DNA of 64,000 nt, from positions 111,039 to 175,038 of the forward strand of contig NIVC01001117.1 of assembly GCA_002269645.1 (NCBI GenBank), in the 5' to 3' direction. A model generated the notes under the pieces. It was not told the origin of the DNA, did no database searches, and saw only the letters and a list, made by a program, of their open reading frames with translations. Made by a program: the position numbers and the translations under genes. The stretch is from Macrostomum lignano (Eukaryota). Shown here piece after piece: positions 25,280-36,767 of the stretch; position 1 is the stretch's first letter; each line of letters starts with the position of its first letter.

Positions 25280-25930
25280 TGCTAAGGCTCAAGTGGAGGT
25301 TGCTGATGCGAATGCTCAAAGAAAACTAAAGATAATAAGGCTCAAGTGCAGGCTGCTGATGCCAATGCTCAAAGAAAACTAAAGATAATAAGGCTCAAGT
25401 GCAGACCGCTGATGCCAATGCTCAAAGAAAACTAAAGATACTAAGACTCAAGTGGAGGTTGCTGATGCCAATGCTCAAAGAAAACTAAAGATACTAAGAC
25501 TCAAGTGGAGGTTGCTGATGCCAATGCTCAAAGAAAACTAAAGATACTAAGGCTCAAGTGCAGGCTGCTGATGCCAATGCTAAAAGAAAACTAAAGATAC
25601 TAAGGCTCAAGTGCAGGCTGCTGATGCCAATGCTCAAAGAAAACTAAAGATACTAAGGCTCAAGTGCAGGCTGCTGATGCCAATGCTCAAAGAAAACTAA
25701 AGATACTAAGGCTCAAGTGCAGGCTGCTGATGCCAATGCTCAAAGAAAACTATCTAAATATACTAAATCTCTAAGGTTTGTTTGTATGTTTGAATTAAGA
25801 TACTAAGGCTTAATTGGAAGCTACTGATGCCAATGCTCAAAGAAAACTATTAAAATACTAAGGTGCAAATAGAAATTTCTGATGCCAAGGCTTAAAGAAA
25901 ACTGCTAAGATGCTAAGGTTCAAGTGAATG
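25280..25930. repeat. 53-bp tandem repeat (aggctcaagtgcaggctgctgatgccaatgctcaaagaaaactaaagatacta)
   Basis: About 9-11 copies, degenerating at both ends. Confidence 0.9.
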
Positions 25931-27322
25931 TTGTGAAGATACTAAGGCTCAAGTATAGTTTTTAAAATGCCAAAGCATTGCTAAGATGCTAATCAAAGTA
26001 TAAGTATTATTGATTAATTATTTATCATTAATTATTTATTTATTATCATATTATTATTGATATCCTAGGCTAAAAAATTATCCAAAAACTAGCTAGGCTT
26101 TCTCTACTTAAAAGATATAAATCTTAAAGGAACTAACAATGTAAGGCCTTTTAGCTATAGCCATAGCTAGGATTAAGGCTAAGAGTAAGATTTTTAGTTA
26201 TATATTTTTAGTTATATATGCTAAAACTAAAAGACTTAGTCTATGTATACACCTTAGTCCAGATTATGCTAGGTGAATGCCCAAAAAAATGAATAATTAC
26301 AAATTCAAAAAAAATTTAATGCATGCCTATTCTCAAAAATATACCTGTGTTGCAACAATAAATGAGATTTTTTATGTTGTGATAATAATTGCATAATATA
26401 CCCTTATTAGCACATAATTGGGTTGATTTTTATGCTTTTTTTTGGCAATATTATTTAGAGCAATGCACACAAAGATTTGTTTAAATGCTTTTTTACAAGC
26501 TTGAAAAAACCAGAAAGCTTGAAATTTACTTTCAAAAATTAACTTATTTCATTTTTTATCTACTTCACAATAACTCTTACATGTGATTCTATAAAGTGCA
26601 TACCAGGTGTGTATGCATACTATTTTCTCAAGAGTGATGCACGCCAACTGTGCATGCCCAAAGGCCAACTGGACATATACTATATACAAATGAAGCATAT
26701 ATAAAGCATATATATATGTATATATATATATAATATATATATTATATTATTATTCAATCCAATCCAATTATCCAATCAATTATTATATATTATATACTAT
26801 ATCTATATATAAATATATACAAATAGCAAACTATTAAAACTAACACTAGGTTAGACTCTATTTTAATAATTAAATTAGCTTAATAGCAAATTATATTTAA
26901 ATTAAAAACATACCTAGCAAGTTTAAAGAGTCAAAAATATTTAAATCTTTAAAAAAAATTTGTTTAGACAAGATTATCCTACTATACAAGACAACTATAT
27001 TAAATAATTTTAGTTTTAATTTGGTTTTTAGTTATTTTAGTTTTAGTTTTAATTGCTGTAGTTTAATTATTGTTAAGCAATCATTATAATATAATATAAT
27101 ATAATTTATATTTGATAAATTATTTTCTTTAAAACTCTTTTTTCAAATGATCAAACTAATCAAATATTTAGGTTTTATGAAATTAAAAAAATAGACATCA
27201 TTGGCATTTAGATAAAGCCCTATAATTAATAATAGCATGTAAGAAGATACAATAATATATATTTATTATTATTATAATATTTATAGGCTATAGATAGGCA
27301 TACAATAACTCTACTATACAGT

Positions 27323-27995
27323 TGTGACGTTGCAAGTTAAAGTGGTCCCGCAAAAGGGCCATTGGACTGTAGTTTCCCTTGCAATTGCTCACTTAAATTT
27401 CTCCAATAGTTTATTTTTACATTTATTTGTAGTAGCGTTCAAATAATCTGAATCAATTGCTAATTCACTGTGTATTTGGTAGGCCTTGCGTTTGTCTGTA
27501 AATTTTAGCACAATCAATAATTTCAAGTTCTCTTGCCAGCCAATGAAAACTCTCCGTGTTTTATGCTAGCCCTTCTGCACTCTTTATTAACCCCCACCTG
27601 GCGGCAGGCTGGGGGCCTCCTCACTTCTGGCTTTGGCATCTGGCTCTTGTTTTCCGTCTCTCTCTCTCTCCTGGCTGCCTCGAGCCTCCTTATCTCTCGC
27701 CACGGCTCCTGTCTGGGACAGCCTGTTTACACATTATACCCCACTGTGTACTGCCACAGCTAATGCCACTCTCACCGCTATTTATCTGCCTGTTTACTTA
27801 CTACTCACTGTCTCCACTGTGCTCATAGCCATCACTCACTATGTTGCGTCACCATTGTATCCTTCGCCTGCCACTCGACTTCATATTCTAATCACTTTCA
27901 AAACCATTGTTGCAGCCGCCAGTGCCCCAAGCGCAATAAGTTTTGTATTGACATTAACAAGTTCTAATATTGATCTCAACAATAAATTAACTACA
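27323..27995. mobile_element. Possible solo LTR
   Basis: Begins TG(TGAC), ends (CTA)CA shortly after AATAAA, flanked by acagt/gcagt (5-bp TSD with 1 mismatch), and is more GC-rich than its flanks. Weak. Confidence 0.25.
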
Positions 27996-29838
27996 GCAGT
28001 TTCCTGCCCTTATACGCCAAGTGCTCCGCTACACAGTCCGCTTTGCAAGAATTGACTTCGATTCATTTTGGGACTACAACGACTTAAGATCATTCTCGTC
28101 AAACGGCCCTTTTAAGGGCCCTAGCCACTATGCCAATAATGTGAAAACAGTCTAATTTTAGAAATGATATTAACAAAATAGAAAGTATCAATAAATATAA
28201 AAACTTGACCTATAAAAAAACTAGCTATCCATGCCCCCTATTTAGGAGGCAACAAAGAAAAAAAATAACTATTTCGAATTAACTAAATGAAGGTTTTGAC
28301 CTTGTATTGTCAGTATACTACGAGTACTAAGCGCTGGCTTACGCATTGCTGCATAAAAAATAGTCAAATTGAGACAAAACGTATTTCTATTACTAGCCAT
28401 ATTTTCAATGATTATTATTGCCACAGATACTTTGTTTTGATAAAAACAGTCACAAGTTCTTAATCGGGCCTAGACTTATTTGAGGTAGATAAAGCTCGGT
28501 ATTAGTACTAGCAATATTAAATCCTATTAAAAATCGTGGATTAGAAGATCAGCTGAACTGACTGAAGCACTGAAGCAGAAGTCAGCTTGGTCGAATGGAA
28601 AACACAGCATCTAAACCGTATCTTTGATGTTAAAATACATTGAATACAATATGTCGATCCAGAAATGTCTCATAAAGGAGTCAAGTAAGTACAACTTCTT
28701 TTACATTTAACGTGGTTAATATAAAGTTATTCACGGCAAATCGCAGTAGTGTCGAATGAGACAGGCCGCTACACGAAAAATAATTGACATTTAAAAATAT
28801 AGTCTAAGGCTTACTCCAACGACTGTAGATTCCATTTTTCTTTTAATTTACTCACAAAAAAATATTCAAGACAGGAAATGTAAATTTATTATTTTTTCAG
28901 ATTCAGTTATCAGCATAAGCTATTATAATTTTGTTTAGCTAGCGACAATTTGAAATTTTGGAATCAGCACAATTATCATACTTAAAACGTACAATTGTTA
29001 TATAGGCCCCTATTAAAATTAAAAACCTAAAAATTATCATCACAACTGAAAGTTTTCTTGTCGATATTAACTAAGTTATCTAGCAACTTTAAAATCAGGT
29101 GCCTGGGGCATATGCTACAACTTTACAATATAAGTTCGCTTGTTGTTGTAAAATATATAGTTAAGACGTAAGTGTGTAGATTGTAAACTCAAGTCACTCG
29201 ATAGTCGACAAGTAATAAATAGGCCTAATTATCGATTCATTGCATTGTAGTTTATTTTTGCCTTGTCTCTATGCCCTTTTTGATAACTTTAAATGAGTCC
29301 TCTCTCTTGGAATAAATGTTCAAATGCAGACTCAATAGCCACTTGAGATACACAGACAGACAGATATTTTAACTGTGACACATTGCACCAGTGCACCACT
29401 TCTTATTTAGGAATGTTTGTTTGGGTTCTGCATTTTTTCTTTAATAATCTCTGCTATTTTTATAGTTACTAAGCCTATTAGTAATAGTCACTAACAAATA
29501 ATAAAAGCAACTACTTTCTTTTATTTATCATGCTATGCTATGCTATTATTAGTATTATACATGCTTAAAACTTAGCCAACCTAGCCAATTTAGCTAGGTG
29601 CTGGTAGGTGGTAAAAGTCTAGGCTAGTCTAGCCAAGGCCCAAGGTTATATATAAGGGGGAGTAAAAATCAAAAAGTAATAATAATTTTGTTGTAGCACC
29701 TTAAAAATAAGATGTATTGAACTACAACTCCCTATTGCAGCGCATGGCTTAAGTACGCCAGACGCCTACAAAACCTGCGCCACGCTGTGAAATGACTTAC
29801 CTGTGAAAGAAACCCTAAAGCAAAATTAATGCAGTTTT

Positions 29839-29908
29839 GGGTAAATGGCAGGAGTAACTATGACTGTCTTATCAAGCCTAAATGCCTTGGCATCTAATTA
29901 GTACCGCG
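29839..29908 (+). pseudogene. Degenerate ~70-bp 28S rRNA fragment spanning the R2/Pokey target region
   Basis: gggtaaatggcaggagtaactatgactgtcttatcaagcctaaatgccttggcatctaattagt versus conserved eukaryotic LSU gggtaaacggcgggagtaactatgactctcttaaggtagccaaatgcctcgtcatctaattagt (aligned from memory, roughly 80% identity). Confidence 0.7.
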
Positions 29909-30165
29909 CCGCGCCGTACTAATCGCCGCGCGCCGTACGCGCCGCGCCACGCCGAATTAGATCTGCGCCGGATGCTATCCGCCAAAATGCCCATGTGCTG
30001 CAATCAGGCTACAACTGGTTTCATTTGAAAAAAACATCTTTTGTTCTTTATTTGATAGAGTTTTGGTTCTTCTAAAGTGATTGATATCTGCATGGTGATG
30101 CTCTAATCATAGTATACCAATTGAGCAATGGAAAATTAAAAAATCTAAAATCTAAAAATTTAATA

Positions 30166-31511
30166 CGAGGTTTATTCAAAAAGTTCTTTTCGGTCCTTTG
30201 GCATTTATTTTTAGAAAGCGTTGTAAACAGAATTTTAGCGATTTTACCAAGTTATGTCTATGGCCTAAACGTTCCTAGGGTTTTAAGTCTCAGTTTGCAA
30301 CTATGTTAGAGCAGCGAACATTTTTATCAGCTGCCACTCAATTTCTTGGCCATGGCTGAATCATTTTCAAAGCAAGACGTTCGAAGCTTGATGAAGTTTC
30401 AGTTTCTGCAAGGAAAAAAGCCACCGGGTATGTTTAGGGAGCTTCAGCAAGTGCTTGGCAACTGTGCACCAACTGAGCAGACAGTTCGAAAATGGTACCG
30501 GCTGTTCGCTGAGGGAAGAGAGAGCGTTGAGGACAATGGCCGCTCTGGAAGGCCGATGACTGCAACCAAAGAGACTGTTGTGAAGAAAGTGCAAGAGCTC
30601 TTGGATGATGATCGGCGACGGACTTGCGAAGAGTTGGCAGAAGACGTTGGTGTGTCAGTAGGAAGCGTCCACACTATTCTGACTGAGCGTCTTCTCCTAC
30701 AGAAAAAGTTCTGCAAGTGGGTGCCACACCTGCTGACAGGTGAGCAAAAGATGCAGCGAACTGTGGCTTCAAGCAGCCACCTGCGTCGGTTCCATCGAGA
30801 AGGGGAGGATTTTCTATCAAGAATTGTTGCTGGAGACGAGACGTGGGTTTACAGCTGGGATCCTGAGACAAAGGCCCAGTCTGCCGAATGGCTTCCAGCA
30901 CATTCTCCAAGACCTCAGAAGGCCATCAGGAAGCAGGGCGCGATAAAGATCATGCACGTCATGTTTTTTGATTCCCAAGGAATCCTGCTGAACTGGGCAG
31001 TCCCACAAGGAACCACCGTCAATGGGGACTACTACAAGTGGATTCTGCAGGAGAAGCTGCGCCCAGCAATACGAAAGAAGCGCCCTGGTCTGCTGGAATC
31101 TGGCGTGATCCTGCTGCACGACAATGCGCCAGCACATCGCAAGCACAACGTCGTGGAACTCCTGAGCAAATGGGGCTGGGAAGTGCTCCAACATCCACCC
31201 TATTCGCCTGATTTGTCGCCGTGCGACTTCTTCTTATTTCCATCTGTGAAGAAGCACCTTCGGGGCATTCGATTTGACAGCGTCGAGCACATCGAAGCTG
31301 CATGCAATCAAGCTGTTCGCCAAACGGACGCGAGTGGTGTGAGTTCCGGAATCAGAGGCCTGGTAAATCGCTGGCAGAAGTGCAAAGACATTGGCGGTGA
31401 ATATGTTGAGTGACAGAATCATGTTAAGCAATCTAACAGTGTTTTCATAGTTCCAGTTGTTTTGTGTTCAGTTTTGTAGGGCACCGAAAAGAACTTTTTG
31501 AATACACCTCA
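30166..31511 (+). mobile_element. Full-length mariner transposon (1346 bp)
   Basis: 29-bp TIRs cgaggtttattcaaaaagttcttttcggt (30166-30194) and accgaaaagaactttttgaatacacctca (31483-31511, 2 mismatches). TA on both sides (30164-65, 31512-13). Intact transposase inside. Confidence 0.96.
30352..31413 (+). CDS. Mariner DD34D transposase, 353 aa, intact
   Basis: HTH region, WVPHLL, VAGDETWV, LLHDNAPAH and YSPDLSPCDF, with 34 residues between the 2nd and 3rd Asp. Confidence 0.96.
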   Translation: MAESFSKQDVRSLMKFQFLQGKKPPGMFRELQQVLGNCAPTEQTVRKWYRLFAEGRESVEDNGRSGRPMTATKETVVKKVQELLDDDRRRTCEELAEDVGVSVGSVHTILTERLLLQKKFCKWVPHLLTGEQKMQRTVASSSHLRRFHREGEDFLSRIVAGDETWVYSWDPETKAQSAEWLPAHSPRPQKAIRKQGAIKIMHVMFFDSQGILLNWAVPQGTTVNGDYYKWILQEKLRPAIRKKRPGLLESGVILLHDNAPAHRKHNVVELLSKWGWEVLQHPPYSPDLSPCDFFLFPSVKKHLRGIRFDSVEHIEAACNQAVRQTDASGVSSGIRGLVNRWQKCKDIGGEYVE

Positions 31512-31589
31512 TAAAAGCTTGCATTAATATAAAGTTTCTTTTAAAACTTGGTTGGAAGCCAGCCTAAATCATTGACACTTTGAAGAAGG

Positions 31590-32470
31590 TCTATAGGGAT
31601 ATTGCTCTTCTAGATCCAATCATTTACTGCTGGATTCAAACTTTCAAGAAAGGCCAAGAGTCTGGAAGACTTCTAGTGGTCTAGAAGGCCCACAATATCA
31701 TGCACAGAAGAAAAATATAGTAGCTATATAGTAGGTACTTGAGCAGGATTGACATGTGACCATGGACAATATTCTTGACCAAGTGGATATCTCTCATGAT
31801 AGTGCTCACTCTATTGTGATAGACTGTCTTGGTCTGAGCAAGCTGAGTGCCCCTTGGTCCTGCAGCTATTATAGCCTAAACACTAGGTTCAGTGCACTGA
31901 GTGTGCCATCAACCTGCTGAACTGCCTAGATGCTGATTCAGAAAACTTATGCCAGCGCTTAGTGACTAGGGATGAAACATGGATATTTTAGTACAATTCC
32001 AAGTTCAAGGTCCAATCCAAAGAGTGGCTGCCACAAGGTTTAATGGGCCCCAAAAAGTTCTATGTGGAAGGGTTTACAGCAAAGGTCTTGGCAACCATCT
32101 TCTGGGATGTTGATTGTTGAAGGAGTAGTGATAGTGGACTTCTTGAAAAGCCAAAAGACTATCAATGCCACCTAATATAAGTTGCTTTTGCAAAAGCTCT
32201 GCTCCAAACTGCCTAAAAAGTTACCTGGGAAGTTGTACTATGGGATTCTTTTTCACCATGACAATATACCAACCCATACTTCTTGGTTCTGCCATGAAGC
32301 CTTATAAGATTTCTGCAAAGAAATCCTCTAGGCCTAGCATCTTCCATATAGCCTTGATGTAGCTCCTTTAGACTTTTTTGTTTACTAAGCTGAAGGAAGC
32401 AATCAAAGAAGTCCAATATGAGGACAAGAAGGCTGCCAAAAGGCTACTATACAGTGGCTTGCAACTTGAA
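31590..32470 (+). pseudogene. Decayed second mariner transposase
   Basis: Broken frames give IIYCWIQTFKKGQES, LVTRDETWIF*YNSKFKVQSKEWLP, KVLATIFWD, FFHHDNIPTH and YSLDVAPLDFFLFTKLKEAIK, i.e. relics of the mariner motifs. Confidence 0.85.
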
Positions 32471-33443
32471 AGAAATAATTTGGATAAAAAGGGAAAAAAG
32501 CAAAAAAGATAGAAAGAAAAAAAAGAAAAACTAAGTTGCATCAGCTAGGTGAAATTCAAAGTTGGATATATACATATGTCACTAAAAAGGGTCTATATAA
32601 AAGATGCAATGATTAGCCAGTTGTACAAAAATAGGCTTGTGTATTTTTAATATGGGAAATAAGTAAAATTTATTTGCATTTTTTATTTAATAATAGGTCT
32701 ATCTGCAACTGATTCAATTCAATAGTCTATATCCCATGCTTACAATACCTCAAAATATTCAATCATAATACTATTTATTTATATTCATTGTAAGCACTGT
32801 CTGCTTACAATGCTTACAATGATCTAAGTTATAAATTAAATTATTTGCTTTTATATCGTTTTTAATTTTAGATTTTTAATATTAATTTTTAATATAGATT
32901 TTTATTTAAGCAAGCTACTCAAAGTCAATTCAATCATTCATAGCTTAGTACTCTAAATATTTTCCCTATTGGAATAAGTTAACAAATTGTAAATGGCTAT
33001 CTGTTGCATTTTCAATATTTTATAGTGTTGCATTGCTTTCTAGTTAATGAAGAAAAAGTTACTTTTTAGAACAAAGTATTTTCATAACATTTATAATGTT
33101 TAATAAATTTTATAAATATATGAATTTTATTAATGTTACATTCATCTTAAATTTAGTCCCTAACATCCCAACCCTATCCCTGTTTCTGACTCCAGGGACT
33201 TATCACTTAGGGCTCCCCTGCATTGAAAGTGAAAACATTCATCTTAATATTAGCCCCCACCAAAACATTATACACTGGCTATTATTTTATTCTTGTTTGT
33301 TATGGGTTAAAGTGCTCAAAGCAGAAAAGTGTTAGTCCTTGATATATAAATTTCTAACCTAAGATATTAGCATTCCACTGTATTGATCTGCATTTGGCTA
33401 TATTCATGTATATTATGATATATTGCATGTCAGCGAGTCCACA

Positions 33444-33791
33444 ATGTCGGCAGAGAACCTGAGCGAGATGGCCTGCACATACGCGGCCCTCATTCTGGCC
33501 GATGACGACGTTGAGGTCACCGGCGACAAGATCTCCGCCATCCTGAAGGCCGCCGGCGTCACCGTGGAGCCGTTCTGGCCCAACATGTTCGCTCGGGCCC
33601 TTAGCGGCGTGAAGGTCAAGGACCTGCTGTCCAATGTCGGCTCCTCTGTTGGCGCCGCTCCGGCCGCTGGAGCCGCCGCTCCGGAAGCCGCCGCCGCCGC
33701 TGCAGAGCCGGCAGCGGCCAAGGGCAAAGCCAAGGAGCCGGAGCCGGAGTCCGAATCCGACGATGACATGGGCTTCGACCTGTTCGGCTAA
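33444..33791 (+). CDS. RPLP1: 60S acidic ribosomal protein P1, copy 1 (115 aa)
   Basis: [24 protein letters not shown], Ala-rich hinge, acidic tail [17 protein letters not shown] at 33886. Confidence 0.95.
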   Translation: MSAENLSEMACTYAALILADDDVEVTGDKISAILKAAGVTVEPFWPNMFARALSGVKVKDLLSNVGSSVGAAPAAGAAAPEAAAAAAEPAAAKGKAKEPEPESESDDDMGFDLFG

Positions 33792-34364
33792 TGACATTTG
33801 ATATCAGTGCCAATCTGTCTGGGTGCCGCATTGTGTAACTGACTGAATTCCGCTGTACTTCCTTAGCGACAGTTGTTAAGTAGTTAATAAATGCTTGGAG
33901 ATGCAATGGCTTGGTGGCAATATAGATTAAAGAATTTGGTTTAACCTGTTCCTTTTTTATTGTTTTTGTGTGCTAATTTTGAGCTGAGGTAGTATAATAT
34001 TGATTTTACCTATGGATATTAATTTTTCTTAGTAATCCTAGGTCTGAAACTTTGATGCCGAAATGAATGCTTCAATGGGAATTATATATAACAGACGAAC
34101 AAATTGAATTTACCAGTTCTACTTCTATCACATAGGTACCATGGTCCATGGAGCTCTATTCCTTTCAAAAGAGTGACAGAAGGTTTTTTGACAGCAGTAT
34201 TTAAGCGGCAGTGTAGCAATTCGCGTAAAAATATTACTGTGCAATATTAAACGCCACAGGTGAGGTTTAGGAATTACTAGCAATCTAGTGCCCCCCTTAG
34301 GGTCGACCAATAAGCAAGGAACGAAAATTATGTGAGTCCTATTTGCCTTGACATCTAAGCATCC

Positions 34365-35775
34365 CCCCGTAAACCTTGACATCTCAGCGATTCCCCCAGT
34401 AAGCCTTGACAGCTCAGCGATTCCCCCAGTAAGCCTTGACAGCTCAGCGATTCCCCCAGTAAGCCTTGACAGCTCAGCGATTCCCCCAGTAAGCCTTGAC
34501 AGCTCAGCGATTCCCCCAGTAAGCCTTGACATCTCAGCGATTCCCCCAGTAAACCTTGACAGCTCAGCGATTCCCCCAGTAAGTCTTGACATCTCAGCGA
34601 TTCCCCCAGTGTAAGCCTTGACATCTCAGCGATTCCCCCAGTAAGTCTTGACATCTCAGCGATTCCCCCAGTAAGCCTTGACATCTCAGCGATTCCCCCA
34701 GTAAACCTTGACAGCTCAGCAATTCCCCAGTAAGTCTTGACATCTCAGCGATTCCCCCAGTGTAAGCCTTGACATCTCAGCGATTCCCCCAGTAAACCTT
34801 GACAGCTCAGCAATTCCCCAGTAAGTCTTGACATCTCAGCGATTCCCCCAGTGTAAGCCTTGACATCTCAGCGATTCCCCCAGTAAGTCTTGACATCTCA
34901 GCGATTCCCCCAGTAAACCTTGACAGCTCAGCAATTACCCAGTAAGCCTTGACAGCTCAGCAATTCCCCCCTCCCCCCAGTAAGTCTTGAAATCTCAGCG
35001 ATTCCCCCAGTAAGCCTTGACATCTCAGGAATTCCCCCAGTAAGCCTTGACATCTCAGGAATTCCCCCAGTAAGCCTTGACATCTCAGCAATCCCCCCCA
35101 GTAAGCCTTGACATCTCAGGAATTCCCCCAGTAAGCCTTGACATCTCAGCGATTCCCCCAGTAAGCCTTGACATCTCAGCGATTCCCCCAGTAAGCCTTG
35201 ACATCTCAGCGATTCCCCCAGTAAGCCTTGACATCTAAGCATCCCCCCGTAAACCTTGGCAGCTCAGCAATTCCCCCAGTAAGCCTTGAAATCTCAGCGA
35301 TTCCCCCAGTAAGCCTTGACATCTCAGCGATTCCCCCAGTAAGCCTTGACATCTCAGCGATTCCCCCAGTAAGCCTTGACATCTCAGCGATTCCCCCAGT
35401 AAGCCTTGACATCTCAGCGATTCCCCCAGTAAGCCTTGACATCTCAGCGATTCCCCCAGTAAGCCTTGACGTCTCAGCGATTCCCCCAGTAAGCCTTGAC
35501 ATCTCAGCGATTCCCCCAGTAAGCCTTGACATCTCAGCGATTCCCCCAGTAAGCCTTGACATCTCAGCGATTCCCCCAGTAAGCCTTGACATCTCAGCGA
35601 TTCCCCCAGTAAGCCTTGACATCTCAGCGATTCCCCCAGTAAGCCTTGGCAGCTCAGCGATTCCCCCAGTAAGCCTTGACATCTCAGGAATTCCCCCAGT
35701 AAGCCTTGACATCTCAGGAATTCCCCCAGTAAGCCTTGACATCTCAGCAATCCCCCCAGTAAGCCTTGACAGGTA
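34365..35775. repeat. 30-bp minisatellite (gccttgacatctcagcgattcccccagtaa)
   Basis: About 46 tandem copies between the two RPLP1 genes. Confidence 0.96.
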
Positions 35776-35982
35776 CTGGTGATATTTTTGACAAGAAAAC
35801 TAGCATGGATTGTAGCTTGGCCTTGAGCGACTGTTAAATTTGATATAATTTATTCAGTTCTGTTTCGTGCCAATATCTTAGATATGCTTTCGGCCATTCC
35901 CACGCTATTGCTACTTGAAGTAGTTGTTTCATATTTTTTACTCATTCCAACTTTTTGACACTTTTCAGACGGAGTGTCCACA

Positions 35983-36330
35983 ATGTCAGCAGAGAACCTG
36001 AGCGAGATGGCCTGCACCTACGCGGCCCTCATTCTGGCCGATGACGACGTTGAGGTCACCGGCGACAAGATCTCCGCCATCCTGAAGGCCGCCGGCGTCA
36101 CCGTGGAGCCGTTCTGGCCCAACATGTTCGCTCGGGCCCTCAGCGGCGTGAAGGTCAAGGACCTGCTGTCCAATGTCGGCTCCTCTGTTGGCGCCGCTCC
36201 GGCCGCTGGAGCCGCCGCTCCGGAAGCCGCCGCCGCCGCTGCAGAGCCGGCAGCGGCCAAGGGCAAAGCCAAGGAGCCGGAGCCGGAGTCCGAATCTGAC
36301 GATGACATGGGCTTCGACCTGTTCGGCTAA
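35983..36330 (+). CDS. RPLP1: 60S acidic ribosomal protein P1, copy 2 (115 aa, protein identical to copy 1)
   Basis: Same motifs as copy 1. Preceded by an acceptor (ttttgacacttttcag) 14 nt before the ATG. Confidence 0.95.
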   Translation: MSAENLSEMACTYAALILADDDVEVTGDKISAILKAAGVTVEPFWPNMFARALSGVKVKDLLSNVGSSVGAAPAAGAAAPEAAAAAAEPAAAKGKAKEPEPESESDDDMGFDLFG

Positions 36331-36767
36331 TGACATTGAATATCAGTGCCACTGTTAAGAACTGGGGTTGTTTTCAAACTGAATGCTTGCAGCATAAGGG
36401 CCCGATTACCCCCGCAGTACTTCTCTGAACGGCTTGAACTATAAAGCAGGTCAATTCAAAACTTTTTGGCTCTTCCTGGATCAAAAAAATATTTGCAAGC
36501 TTTGTTTTCTTCTTTGCTTTTTTACAATTGTGAGTAGCTACTATGCGTAGATTAATAACATACAAAGCTATTATTGATAGGAACACAAATTGGCGTGTTA
36601 GGCATGACACAAGCGCTAAACTGGCACAAAAAACCTAGGCTACAAAGCACCTAGTTGATCTATATCTGACATTTGGCGATGGTCACTTACTAGGGAAGGA
36701 TTTGTTTTACTTGCGAGGTATTTAATACTGTTACATTCCTGCCTAATTGATAACTGAATTACTTCAG

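Noticed and set aside
29795-29803. acttacctg matching the U1 snRNA 5' end
   Set aside because: It is simply the reverse complement of a splice-donor consensus, and nothing else of U1 follows.
33421-33430. tattgcatg upstream of RPLP1 copy 1, resembling the 3' end of a flatworm spliced leader (would imply a retrocopy)
   Set aside because: Only 9 nt match a sequence recalled from memory, the following bases do not match the copy-2 exon start, and there is no poly(A) tail or TSD.
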